Under the pieces are notes generated by a model, which worked only from the letters and a program-made list of their open reading frames with translations, searched no databases and was not told where the DNA came from. The position numbers and the translations under genes are program-made. From a virus (Duplodnaviria; Caudoviricetes), in the IMG/VR virus record IMGVR_UViG_3300048598_000487, positions 1-39,040 of that record: a stretch of DNA of 39,040 nucleotides. One strand, written 5' to 3'. This document shows, piece by piece, positions 26,903 through 36,221 of the stretch (the stretch's first letter is position 1; each line of letters opens with the position of its first letter).

Positions 26903-27297
26903 GCAGCATATCGGCCAAGATCTCCGGCGCGGACCGCATGAAGGCAATCATCGAGTCCCTGCCGATCGTGGTCGTTGACGCCATCGCCGACGGCCTCACC
27001 GACGTCGAGGAGACGATCATGGTCGAGTCGTTCCCGGAGGTCCCGAGGAAGCAGGGCGACCTGGAAGGCTCGGCGTTCGCCAATGACGCGGTGGTCACGC
27101 CGGAAGAGCAGTCGGTCACCATGGGCTACAACATCGTGTATGCGGTGCCGCAGCACGAGAATCTCGAGTTCTACCATCCCAAGAAGGGCAAGGCCAAGTA
27201 CCTCGAGGATCCCGCCAACCGCGTGGCACCGTCGATACCGGACATCATGGCGAAGCACGTGGAACCGGCGATCAGGTCCGCAGGAGGCGGGGAATGA
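26899..27297 (+). CDS. HK97 gp10-like neck/tail-completion protein
   Basis: VPRKQGDLEGS, YAVPQHE, AKYLEDP; start ATA 26899 or ATG 26938. Confidence 0.8.
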   Translation: MGSISAKISGADRMKAIIESLPIVVVDAIADGLTDVEETIMVESFPEVPRKQGDLEGSAFANDAVVTPEEQSVTMGYNIVYAVPQHENLEFYHPKKGKAKYLEDPANRVAPSIPDIMAKHVEPAIRSAGGGE

Positions 27298-27704
27298 GCG
27301 CCGACGACTGGCTGGATGACGTCGCCCAGCTGCTGGAGGATCGCGAGGTCGGCATCTACTCTCCGGCAGACGAGGAGGTGGTGAACATCTTCACCTGTGA
27401 GATGCAGGACGCCCCGGAGGTATGCCTCACGCTGTACCAGTACGCCGGCCGGACGCCGGAGCGGACCCTCGACGGCAAGCAGTACTACCGCCCCGGCCTC
27501 CAGCTGGTCGCCAGGGCACGGGTGTACGCGGACGCCAAGGCGCTCCTGGTCAACGCCAGGGCAGCGATCGACGGGCTGGCCAACGTCACAATCGGCGCGC
27601 ACTTCTACACCGAGATCGCCGCGCTGCAGGAGATGTTCCCGCTAGGCCGGGAGAATGGACTGATCAAGCTTAGCCAGAACTACAGGACGGAATGGAGAGT
27701 ATGA
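27294..27704 (+). CDS. Tail terminator ('minor capsid' family)
   Basis: PGLQLVAR...PLGRENG..LSQNY; synteny. Confidence 0.75.
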   Translation: MSADDWLDDVAQLLEDREVGIYSPADEEVVNIFTCEMQDAPEVCLTLYQYAGRTPERTLDGKQYYRPGLQLVARARVYADAKALLVNARAAIDGLANVTIGAHFYTEIAALQEMFPLGRENGLIKLSQNYRTEWRV

Positions 27705-27705
27705 C

Positions 27706-28422
27706 ATGAGCGACGGACTGATCGCATGGGGCACGACCCTGACTCGGGATGGACACCTCGTCGCCGAGCTGAACAAGATAGGTGGGTTGGAAGGCAAGGT
27801 CAACAAGGTGGACATGACCCACCACCAGAGCCCTTACGGGATCAAGCAGCCCAAGCCGGGGCTGCGGGAGATCTCGGATGTGAGCATCGAGGGGAACTTC
27901 ATTCCCTCCGACACCGACGGCCAGATAGCCATGTGGGCCGACTACAAGAGCGGCGCTGTCAGGGAGTGGGTGATCTCCAGCAAGGAAGAGGAATACTCCT
28001 GGACCTTCAAGGGATTCGTCTCCGCATATTCGACCGACCAGCCAGTGGATGGCAAGGTACCGTTCAAGGCGTCCATAACTCCGACCATCGAGGAGGATGA
28101 CGACGTGCCGGTGCTGGGCATCGGGGAGAGCAACGATCTCTCCGGACTGACTGCCTCGGCGGGCGTGCTGCTGCCTGCGTTCAGCGCCACTGTCTATGAT
28201 TATGTACTGACCGAGGCCGCGGGCGCCACCGGGGTGACCCTAACTCCGACCGCATCCCTGGGCGTGATCGAGGTCGACGGCAACGTGGTCACCAGCGGGC
28301 AGGCGTCCAGCAACATCGTCCTGGGCGCGGCGGGCAGCCTCAAGGACGTCGAGGTCAGGGTAACGGAGACGGACAAGGTGCGCAAGACCTACCGGGTCAA
28401 GATCGCCAAGGCGCTGACATGA
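27706..28422 (+). CDS. Tail tube protein with C-terminal cadherin-like beta-sandwich
   Basis: VDMTHH...KPGLR...WTFKGFV; LSGLT...LPAFSATVYDY...VTLTPT...KTYRVKI. Confidence 0.85.
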   Translation: MSDGLIAWGTTLTRDGHLVAELNKIGGLEGKVNKVDMTHHQSPYGIKQPKPGLREISDVSIEGNFIPSDTDGQIAMWADYKSGAVREWVISSKEEEYSWTFKGFVSAYSTDQPVDGKVPFKASITPTIEEDDDVPVLGIGESNDLSGLTASAGVLLPAFSATVYDYVLTEAAGATGVTLTPTASLGVIEVDGNVVTSGQASSNIVLGAAGSLKDVEVRVTETDKVRKTYRVKIAKALT

Positions 28423-28700
28423 GCGACGAGTCCGGGGAGCTGCCCGCTCCCCTCTCCCAGTTCTCGCTCAACCTCAATACCATATGCAACTGGAGAGAGG
28501 CCACCGGCCGCAGGATAGAGGAGTGCGACTTCAACAACGAGATCGACGTGCGCATGCTGATCTTCTGTGGCCTCAAGGACGAGGTCGAGAACTTCACTCT
28601 GAAGGACGCCGGCCGGCTGATCACCAGCTACAACAAGGCGGCGACGCACGCCTTCCTGAAACGCGTGCTTCTCGGCGAGGTGACCGGCCGAAAAAACTGA
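28419..28700 (+). CDS. Tail assembly chaperone (gpG-like)
   Basis: Between tube and tape measure; ends in the slippery A AAA AAC TGA. Confidence 0.8.
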   Translation: MSDESGELPAPLSQFSLNLNTICNWREATGRRIEECDFNNEIDVRMLIFCGLKDEVENFTLKDAGRLITSYNKAATHAFLKRVLLGEVTGRKN

Positions 28701-29044
28701 GGACGTCCGAGTGGCGGGAGAAGTGGGCCATCGGACGTTACGATCTCCGCCTCAGCGAGGAGGAGTTCTGGGCCCTCTCTCCGCAGCAATACGAGGACCT
28801 GGTGCGGCGTCGCGACCAGGCGGAACGCGAGCATGAGCGGAAAGAGAACTGGAGGGCGGCGGCCATGATGGCCCATGTATTCAACCTGCTACGGAACCCG
28901 GCGAAGGAACCGGCCCGCTGCGCGGAGGACTTCCTCACGACGCAGCAGGGCACGGGGAAGGTCATGACGAGCAAGGACATGCGCCGTCAGGTTCAGTGCC
29001 TGCATGCGGCGCTGACCAGCAAGGAAACCAAGAGGAGACGGTAA
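28691..29044 (+). CDS. gpT-like extension reached by -1 frameshift
   Basis: The -1 frame has no suitable start and encodes LRLSEEEFWALSPQQY. Confidence 0.8.
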   Translation, partial: KKLRTSEWREKWAIGRYDLRLSEEEFWALSPQQYEDLVRRRDQAEREHERKENWRAAAMMAHVFNLLRNPAKEPARCAEDFLTTQQGTGKVMTSKDMRRQVQCLHAALTSKETKRRR

Positions 29045-29045
29045 G

Positions 29046-30578
29046 ATGGAGATCGAGGGACTGAGCTTCACGGTCGACTGCAACTCCAAGGGCATGGTGA
29101 GCGGAGCGGCGGAGGCCGAGAAGGCCATGGATTCCATGGGCACCAAGGCCCAGGAGACCGCGGGGAAGATCGGCACGGCATCCGACCAGGAGGCGCAGAA
29201 GACCGAAGAGTCATCCGAGCGCACCTCCAAGGCCAACGAGAAGAAGAAGGCCAGCTATGCTGATCTCGCCCTCGGCCTCAACCAGACGGTGGTAGCCGGG
29301 TTCTCGCTGTACTCGCAATTCGACGACCTGGAGAAGAAAGAGCTGCAGGTGGAGCGCGCCGCGCAGAACGTCGAGAAGGCCACCCAGAGCATGAAGGACG
29401 CCCAGGACCGGTACAACACTGCGGTGCAGAAGTATGGAAAAGATTCCCCGCAAGCGATCGACGCGCTGCAGGACTACCAGCTGGCGCAGGAGGACGCGCG
29501 GCTGGCCACGGAGTCCCTGGAGATCAAGCAGGGCGACCTCAACCAGGCTCAGACCACCGCTTACCTCACGGTCATCCCCTCGGTCATCAGCGGCCTCGAT
29601 GGGATCAACCGCGCCTGGAAGACGATGAAGGATATGGACCTCAGCACCGAGCTGGGCAAGGTCAAGGGGGCGCTCGGAGAGCTGGGCAGCGACAAGGCCG
29701 GGACCCTGGCCTCGGTCGGTCTGGGCGTTGGAGCGCTGGCCGTGGCCTGGGGTGCGTTCAATACCAAGTCCGAGGACACTCGCATCGCACTGTCGCTGCT
29801 GGCAGGAGGGCTCGTCGCCGCCGCGGCCGCGCAGTGGATCTGGAACGCGGCAACCGCATTCGGCATCGGCCTCACCGGGGTCGGCCTGGCGTTGGTTGCA
29901 GTTGCCGGCAGCGCTGCGGCCATCGTGTACGCCGCGTCCGCCACCTACGGTTCGTCTACCGACGCTAGCGTGGCGGCGTCCAACCAGGCGGCCATCGATC
30001 AGAGCGTGACCAACGGGCAAGCCCAATCCACTGCGGTCACCGCGGCCGACGGGTCGACGGGGACCGGAGGGGCGGATACGTCATCCCTGAGCCAGCAGAC
30101 CGAGACTAGCGGCCGGGCCAACACCACCTCCAAGCACCTGGTGTTCCGGGCCTCGCCTCCGAACTACGAACCGGCGATCACTCCAAGCGGGGAGGCTATA
30201 GGCTTCAACGAGGCCAACGCGTACATCCAGTGGACATCCCGGCCGGACAACATGGTGGGGGCGGAGATCTGGGACATCACCCATCCCGACGGCACGCCCT
30301 ACCCCAAGGCCACTGTCTTCAATCGCGAGACCGGGGAAATGGTGGCCACCTACGGAGAGGGCGGCCTGGCCCTCGAGGAGCAGCTGGCGATCATCGGCGA
30401 TACCGGTCCGGAGCGCGTCCTCAACCCCGCAGAAACCGTGGCCTACGACGCCGGGGCGGCCCGCGGGGGCGCGAGAACGATCGTCAACCACTTCTATGTC
30501 AACGGGGCCAGGGACGTCGACGTGGTGGTCGAGGAGATTGCCCGGAAGATGGCCGACGAGAGGGGGATGAACTATTGA
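29046..30578 (+). CDS. Tape measure protein
   Basis: Ala-rich coiled coils, hydrophobic segments, C-terminal YGEGG...IIGDTGPERVL. Confidence 0.85.
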   Translation: MEIEGLSFTVDCNSKGMVSGAAEAEKAMDSMGTKAQETAGKIGTASDQEAQKTEESSERTSKANEKKKASYADLALGLNQTVVAGFSLYSQFDDLEKKELQVERAAQNVEKATQSMKDAQDRYNTAVQKYGKDSPQAIDALQDYQLAQEDARLATESLEIKQGDLNQAQTTAYLTVIPSVISGLDGINRAWKTMKDMDLSTELGKVKGALGELGSDKAGTLASVGLGVGALAVAWGAFNTKSEDTRIALSLLAGGLVAAAAAQWIWNAATAFGIGLTGVGLALVAVAGSAAAIVYAASATYGSSTDASVAASNQAAIDQSVTNGQAQSTAVTAADGSTGTGGADTSSLSQQTETSGRANTTSKHLVFRASPPNYEPAITPSGEAIGFNEANAYIQWTSRPDNMVGAEIWDITHPDGTPYPKATVFNRETGEMVATYGEGGLALEEQLAIIGDTGPERVLNPAETVAYDAGAARGGARTIVNHFYVNGARDVDVVVEEIARKMADERGMNY

Positions 30579-32536
30579 CCCTCCGCGCTACGATCAACGG
30601 CATCGAGGTCATGCCCTTCCGCGACTCGGTCAAGGTCAGCGAGAAGCTGGACGGCCGCAGCTCCGGGTCGCTGATCCTTCGCTACGATGCCGAGGACATC
30701 CCGATCAGGGCGCAGCGCGGCCAGGAGGTCATCGTCTGGGACGACGAGGTCACCGAGACCGTCAACCGCACAGTGGCCTCCCGGCCGGGAACGATGGGAG
30801 TGTCGGGGCGGGCCAACGGCGGCATCGACGTGGGCATCTCCCCGGATAGACCGTCGGGCACCATCGAGATCATGCACTGCCCGCTCGAATCTCTTGACTA
30901 CACCGACTTGATCAGGGTCGGTCCGGATGCCGACAATCATTTCCTGTCGGTCTACGCGGATTCCGGCACGGTCAACTTCTATGCCACGGGGTTCAACGAG
31001 GGGACTGGCAGCACAGAGGACTTCTTCATCTCCACCGATGCCTGCCTTACCGTCGATGTCCCATCGCGGATCTCGGTGGTGTGGGCGCCAGATGGCGCAG
31101 GGACCAGATTCTGGCTATATGTGGATGGGGCGCTCAAGGGCACCGAGGCGCTGGCCTGTCCGGCTGCGATCGTCAACCTACTGGAGTATAAGAGTCCCTA
31201 TGTGACCTTCTACTATACTGCCCGTTTCCTCAACATCGCTCCGTACCACTGCTATGTGGCGGACGTGCGATGGTGGACTACCGAGAGGAGCGCGGCGCAG
31301 GTCCTCGCCGCGAGGAACGTCCGCGTCGACGGCGATCCTGATCTCCTCGCCTATTGGAAGCTGGACGAGGGCGACGGGTACCTGGCCGCGGACAGCATCG
31401 GAGAGCTGGACATACCGCTCGACGGCGACTATCCCTTCTGGGACTATTGCCCGGTGGACTGGGCGCACGAGGCCACTGGTCCCGCTTGCCAGCCGGTCGC
31501 CGGAGACTACCGCTACTATGGGGGCAAGGTCAAGGGCGTGGCTGTGGACCGCACCGCCCCGGGGATCGTGGAGCAGAAGATCAGTCTCACCGACTTTGGG
31601 GAGGTCCTCGATCGGACGATCATCGACTACGAGTCGCTAACCCCGGTGCTCACCAAACCCCTTGTGCAGCTGCTGGCGTATACCCACCTGACGGCAGAGG
31701 GCATCACCTACCAGTGCATCCCCTCCGACGGGCCGAGCATCGCGGAGGTCAGCTATCGCAAGATCTTCCTGCAGAAGGCGTTCAAGAGCATCGCCACCGA
31801 CTCCGGATGGCTGCTGTACATCGATCAGTACAAGGAGGTGCGGTGCCACCCCCGCAGCTACCGCGCGGCGCTGTGGCACATCAGCAACGACGATTCGCCG
31901 AGCCGCTTCCTGGAGGGCAGCATGAGCGTGCAGGAGGACCGCGCGCAGTATGCCAACCGCATCTACGCGCGGTTCCAGTACCTCGATGGGGACGGGGTCA
32001 CCAAGCTCACCGGGATGATCATGGCCCAGGATGCCGAGGAGATCGCCGCCCGGGCCGCGGCCGAGGGAGGCAGCGGGCTGTACGAGGCGACGGTGGACCT
32101 GGCCGACGTGGACTCCCCGGACCAGGCCGCGGAGCGGACGCAGGGCATCCTGGCGCAGCGCAAGGTCATGGGTTCCATTGTCTCCTACCGGACCGCGCTC
32201 TACGGGCTGCGGGCGGGGCAGCTGCAGAGCATCGAGGATACCGACCTCGGGATCTCCGGGGCCTACCTGATCACCGAGGTGTCGCTGGAGTTCGACAACT
32301 TACTGCCGACGTGGACGGTGACGGCGTCGTCATGGCACGTCAGCAAGGAGCCGATGGCGGCGATCGAGAACGCCATTGAGAGCAAGAGGAACTTCGACCG
32401 GGTGAGCGAGGACTTCACCAGCGACATGGTGAGCGAGGCTTCGGCCGCCGCGATCGCGGAGACGGTGACGATCGAGAGCGGACCGGTGGAGCACCGCATC
32501 GGTACCATGCGGATAGGGTTCTCGGAGGTGGGATGA
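30575..32536 (+). CDS. Tail tip/baseplate hub protein with inserted LamG domain
   Basis: TTG start overlapping the TMP stop; GQEVIVWD, LYIDQYK, YANRI, GLRAGQ; LYVDG...LAYWKLDEG LamG motifs. Confidence 0.75.
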   Translation: MTLRATINGIEVMPFRDSVKVSEKLDGRSSGSLILRYDAEDIPIRAQRGQEVIVWDDEVTETVNRTVASRPGTMGVSGRANGGIDVGISPDRPSGTIEIMHCPLESLDYTDLIRVGPDADNHFLSVYADSGTVNFYATGFNEGTGSTEDFFISTDACLTVDVPSRISVVWAPDGAGTRFWLYVDGALKGTEALACPAAIVNLLEYKSPYVTFYYTARFLNIAPYHCYVADVRWWTTERSAAQVLAARNVRVDGDPDLLAYWKLDEGDGYLAADSIGELDIPLDGDYPFWDYCPVDWAHEATGPACQPVAGDYRYYGGKVKGVAVDRTAPGIVEQKISLTDFGEVLDRTIIDYESLTPVLTKPLVQLLAYTHLTAEGITYQCIPSDGPSIAEVSYRKIFLQKAFKSIATDSGWLLYIDQYKEVRCHPRSYRAALWHISNDDSPSRFLEGSMSVQEDRAQYANRIYARFQYLDGDGVTKLTGMIMAQDAEEIAARAAAEGGSGLYEATVDLADVDSPDQAAERTQGILAQRKVMGSIVSYRTALYGLRAGQLQSIEDTDLGISGAYLITEVSLEFDNLLPTWTVTASSWHVSKEPMAAIENAIESKRNFDRVSEDFTSDMVSEASAAAIAETVTIESGPVEHRIGTMRIGFSEVG

Positions 32537-33012
32537 TGGAGACCAGGGACGGCATCAGGCCGCGGGTGAACGTGAGGATCGTCGTCGGCGACGATCTCAC
32601 CGGCGAGGAGCGTGTGATCGAGACGCACAACACGGTCACCGACGACGGCCTCGAGCTGATGCGCGACCTGTTCATCCAGAAGAGCGGGGTGAGCAAGGTG
32701 GCGTACATCGCCTTCGGGACCGGGACCACCGCTCCGGACAACGACGATGAGGCGCTGGAGGCGGAGGTGCACCGCGCGGCGTTCGTCATCCCCGAGGTCA
32801 CCGACCTGGTGAGTTCCGTCGCTCACGTGACCTATTACTTCTACCTGGGCTCGGCCGCCGGCGCGCTGGGGAACATCACCGAGATGGGGCTGCTTAACGC
32901 CGAATCCGATGGATCACTGTTCGCCCGGGTGACCTTCGACGCGATCGCCAAGACCGCGACCTCGTACATCAAGGTGGAGTGGGTCGTGGGCATCGAGGAG
33001 CAGGAGGTATGA
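32533..33012 (+). CDS. Tail-tip/fibre-attachment protein
   Basis: HNTVTDDG...YIAFGTGTTAP..DEALEAE...ITEMGL..LFAR. Confidence 0.7.
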   Translation: MMETRDGIRPRVNVRIVVGDDLTGEERVIETHNTVTDDGLELMRDLFIQKSGVSKVAYIAFGTGTTAPDNDDEALEAEVHRAAFVIPEVTDLVSSVAHVTYYFYLGSAAGALGNITEMGLLNAESDGSLFARVTFDAIAKTATSYIKVEWVVGIEEQEV

Positions 33013-33013
33013 G

Positions 33014-33805
33014 ATGACTGAATATGTGAAGCTAGACAAGGCGACGGATGACATCTGGGACGAGGCCGCCTGCGATCACTTCGAGACGCAGTACGACTGC
33101 GCGAGAGTGGAGTTCGAGGAGGGGAGCTGGAAGGTCAAAAAGGACCTCTCTCCGGACGCCGACGGCACCAGGAGCTTGGGTACCGCCGCTGCGCGGTACA
33201 AGGACGTCCGGGCGCTCAACCTCCTGGAGTCCGGCCCGCACCTCCATGACGACTTCATCGGCGCGGTCCTCGACACTAATTTGTGGCACGCTGCCGGGGA
33301 CGGCGGCGCTGGCCTGGCCCCGGATACCGATGGGGGAGCGATGGTTGTGCAGAGCGGATCGGCGATCATGGACGAGGAGTCCGTGGATCAGGGCGGGTAC
33401 CGCTGCTTCCGGTATGGCAAGAAGGTCAAGCTCTCCATGCGGCTGAAGATCTCCGAGCACCTCCAGCAGATGATGTTGGATCTGGGGCTGTGGAAGGATT
33501 CCACGCACTATCTGCTGTTTACCCTGACCAATGTCGCCTCGGCAACCGATTGGTATGCCGAGACGTGCAACGGCTCGACCCCCGACAGCACGGACACCTT
33601 GGTGCTCAGCGATCTGGACTGGCACGTATTCGAGATACGGTGTGAGAGCGGGCATGTGTACTTCGACATCGACGGGACCAACGTGGCGGACGTTGCCGCC
33701 GACATCCCGACGGACAACATGGAACCATACATCCACATGCGCACCACCGAGGGCGAGGTCAAGACGATCCTGGTGGACTACATCGACGCGTACCAGGAGA
33801 GATAG
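33014..33805 (+). CDS. Tail fibre/receptor-binding protein, ConA-like domain
   Basis: DLSPDADGTRSLG; HDDF; WHVFEI...VYFDIDG; VDYI. Confidence 0.65.
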   Translation: MTEYVKLDKATDDIWDEAACDHFETQYDCARVEFEEGSWKVKKDLSPDADGTRSLGTAAARYKDVRALNLLESGPHLHDDFIGAVLDTNLWHAAGDGGAGLAPDTDGGAMVVQSGSAIMDEESVDQGGYRCFRYGKKVKLSMRLKISEHLQQMMLDLGLWKDSTHYLLFTLTNVASATDWYAETCNGSTPDSTDTLVLSDLDWHVFEIRCESGHVYFDIDGTNVADVAADIPTDNMEPYIHMRTTEGEVKTILVDYIDAYQER

Positions 33806-33815
33806 GAGGAACAAC

Positions 33816-33938
33816 ATGAGCGAGGAAACACTGGAGAGGATCAGGGACATCGGGGCCACCGCGGCGGTGTGGGCATGGGCGATCGTGGGCATACTGGCCA
33901 TCGTGCTGATGATCAAGGTCGGGTGCATCATATGGTGA
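33816..33938 (+). CDS. 40-aa membrane peptide
   Basis: GGAGG RBS; AAVWAWAIVGILAIVLMIKVGCIIW. Confidence 0.6.
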   Translation: MSEETLERIRDIGATAAVWAWAIVGILAIVLMIKVGCIIW

Positions 33939-35386
33939 GTGGCTTCGTCGATCCGAGCTTCGGCCCCAATAGGTTCAGGGGCGAGAGTTCCATCAATCTC
34001 AACCAGGCGTTCGGCCGGGACGGCGCCGCCAACGACGATGGCCATGCAACCACGCTGCCGAGCCGCAGCTCGTGGGAGTTCAAGTGCACCCGGTTCTACA
34101 ACCTGGCGGCCCAGGGCGTCAAGGTCGATCGCTCCGAGGGGCACGATCCCCAGGCCAAGGACGTCCTGGTGGCCGCCGGATGGGAGGCGGTCGCCGCCGA
34201 TCTCCTGGAGACCCTCGACGCGGCGCACATCTACGGCATTCAATGCATCTTCACCCTTGGGGGGCTGAGCGATCCCAACACCTGGCAGCAGGCGGAGAAG
34301 CTGCTGGACACCGAGAGCGCCGAGTTCAGGGAGTTCCAGGTCTTCATGGCCAAGATCGCGGACGCGCTCTACGGCCATCCCGCGCTCAAGTTGCTGGAGG
34401 CGCTCAACGAGGCCGACTTCCGCAGCGTGATCAAGGGACATTGGCTGAAGCTGTTCCCGCAGGGCTACATGCAGCTGCTGCGCGGCTTCGCCGTCTGGCA
34501 GGTCACGCTGCTCGACGGCGTCCGCGAGCTGCAGATGCGCAAAGGAACGCCACTGGGCAACGGTACCGCGATGGACGGCACGCTGTACACCGATCCCAAC
34601 GGCAATGCGGCCATGCCCTGGGGCACCAACGAGTGCATCTACGAGATCATCCCGCTGATGGGGGCCGGTTGCGACGTGTGGACGCCGCACATCTACCAGA
34701 ACGAGGACAATCCAGATCACCTCCTGGTGCTCCGGCGCGATAAGGTGCCGTCGTTCGTTCGTGCCGCCGAGGTCGCCGCCATGGAGCTGATCATCGCCGA
34801 GGCGGGGGCGCTATGGCGGGGCGGCACCCGGACAGCCGAGCTGCAAGCAGTGTTCGATCAGTACCCCGGTCTCACCGTGTGCTGGATGATCAGGTCCTGG
34901 GATCCCAAGATCTACTCGGTCCCGGTCATCCCCGTTCGCGTGCCTTACTCTCCTGCGCCGGTAGAAACCCCTGTCGAGACGCCAGCGCCGGTGGCTAACG
35001 ATCCGGTACCCGAGCCTAGTGATTCCTCCTCTCCGGCGCAGGACACCCCGGAGGAAGAGGGTGACAAGGAAGAGGGTGACAAGGAAGAGGGTGACAAGGA
35101 AGAGGGTGACAAGGAAGAGGGTGACAAGGAAGAGGGTGAGGACGTGCCTCCGGAGGCCGCAGAGCCGCCCGCCGTCGAGGAGCCTGCCTCGGAGACGCCT
35201 GCGACGGACCCGCCCGCTAATGAGCCTCCTAGCGAGGACCCGACGGAATCGACCGACCCCGGAGAAGAAACATCCAACGGAAATGAAGGCGCTCCGGAGG
35301 GGTCGACGGTGACGGGCAATAAGGGGGCCGGGTTCGTGATCATCGAGATCCTGAGATGGATATTCAGCCTGTTCAGAAGGAGATGA
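33932..35386 (+). CDS. Clan GH-A (GH5-like) glycoside hydrolase; candidate endolysin
   Basis: LDAAHIYGIQCIFTL, YGHPAL..EALNEA (acid/base), TPHIY, IIAEAG (nucleophile); acidic Pro-rich linker; amphipathic end IIEILRWIFSLFRRR. Confidence 0.7.
   Translation: MVSGFVDPSFGPNRFRGESSINLNQAFGRDGAANDDGHATTLPSRSSWEFKCTRFYNLAAQGVKVDRSEGHDPQAKDVLVAAGWEAVAADLLETLDAAHIYGIQCIFTLGGLSDPNTWQQAEKLLDTESAEFREFQVFMAKIADALYGHPALKLLEALNEADFRSVIKGHWLKLFPQGYMQLLRGFAVWQVTLLDGVRELQMRKGTPLGNGTAMDGTLYTDPNGNAAMPWGTNECIYEIIPLMGAGCDVWTPHIYQNEDNPDHLLVLRRDKVPSFVRAAEVAAMELIIAEAGALWRGGTRTAELQAVFDQYPGLTVCWMIRSWDPKIYSVPVIPVRVPYSPAPVETPVETPAPVANDPVPEPSDSSSPAQDTPEEEGDKEEGDKEEGDKEEGDKEEGDKEEGEDVPPEAAEPPAVEEPASETPATDPPANEPPSEDPTESTDPGEETSNGNEGAPEGSTVTGNKGAGFVIIEILRWIFSLFRRR
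35054..35139 (+). repeat. Perfect 15-bp tandem repeat GAAGAGGGTGACAAG x5 + partial (EEGDK)
   Basis: Read directly; in frame within the hydrolase linker. Confidence 0.95.
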
Positions 35387-35393
35387 AGGAAGA

Positions 35394-35708
35394 ATGATAG
35401 AACTGAGTGTGGAGCAGATCGCCGCGATCTATTTCGCGGCCGGCATAGTGTGCAGCGTGATCATCGTCAAGGCAACGAAGAGCTATACCTGGTTCAAGAG
35501 CCGGGTAGCCTGGGCGCACAGGAAGCTAATCGCCATCGAGAGCAAGGTCCCCGAAGCATTGAAGGAGCAGTACGCAGCGGTCAAGGAGGCCGTGGCAGCG
35601 GCGGACGCGGCCATGGAGGACGACAAGATCGACGCCGCCGAGACCGAGCTGATCGTGAACAAGGCCGTGGCCGCGGTCAAGTCCCTGGTCAAGCTGGTGA
35701 AGGGGTGA
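35394..35708 (+). CDS. Holin-like membrane protein
   Basis: N-terminal TM helix followed by a basic stretch; next to the hydrolase. Confidence 0.5.
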   Translation: MIELSVEQIAAIYFAAGIVCSVIIVKATKSYTWFKSRVAWAHRKLIAIESKVPEALKEQYAAVKEAVAAADAAMEDDKIDAAETELIVNKAVAAVKSLVKLVKG

Positions 35709-35716
35709 TGTGGTAA

Positions 35717-36148
35717 GTGGATGATGGTCACGATCCGCTGATGGACGAGCTCCCCGTCTATCCGTTTTGCTCCGAGCATTCCAGGATCAATGACTGCGTG
35801 CGCAGGGGCGAGGACGGGCGTAAGTCCCTCGAAGATCGGGTCGGTGACCTTACCATTGCGCATACCAAGCTGGAGACTACCGTCGGCAGCCTGGTGACGG
35901 CGATCGAGAAAGACCGCCAGGACCGGAAGGAAGAAAGGATGCAAGAGGTCGAGGAGCGGGAGAAGGACCGCAAGGCCATGCAGCAGAACATCACGTTCTA
36001 TCAGAACCTGGTGACCAGCAACAACAAGGCCAGCATCGAGGAGCGCAAGGAGCTCATCAAGTACGGCGGCAAGGTGGTCATGATCCTGCTGGTGGCGGTG
36101 GTCGGCATCAAGGTGGTGACCTACGCGATGGGCATACCGTTCCCCTAA
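35717..36148 (+). CDS. Coiled-coil protein with C-terminal TM (lysis module)
   Basis: FCSEHS, coiled coil, VVMILLVAVVGIKVV. Confidence 0.6.
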   Translation: MDDGHDPLMDELPVYPFCSEHSRINDCVRRGEDGRKSLEDRVGDLTIAHTKLETTVGSLVTAIEKDRQDRKEERMQEVEEREKDRKAMQQNITFYQNLVTSNNKASIEERKELIKYGGKVVMILLVAVVGIKVVTYAMGIPFP

Positions 36149-36221
36149 ACTTCTCCTCAGCCCTTTCTTTCTATAAGCTTACTTTTATTAATACAGGATG
36201 TACTTTTATCTCGGGGAACAA

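Noticed and set aside
30230-30574. N-terminal extension of the 768-aa ORF
   Set aside because: Overlaps the tape measure gene; the coupled TTG 30575 is more plausible.
24045-33805. Diversity-generating retroelement targeting adhesins
   Set aside because: No reverse transcriptase and no TR/VR repeat pair seen.
11354-34720. Long antisense ORFs (e.g. 11538-13226, 17076-18272, 18395-19858, 20569-21933, 33032-34720)
   Set aside because: Shadows of high-GC3 sense genes; no motifs or RBS.
35054-35139. Possible CRISPR array
   Set aside because: Tandem repeat without spacers, in frame in a CDS; no cas genes.
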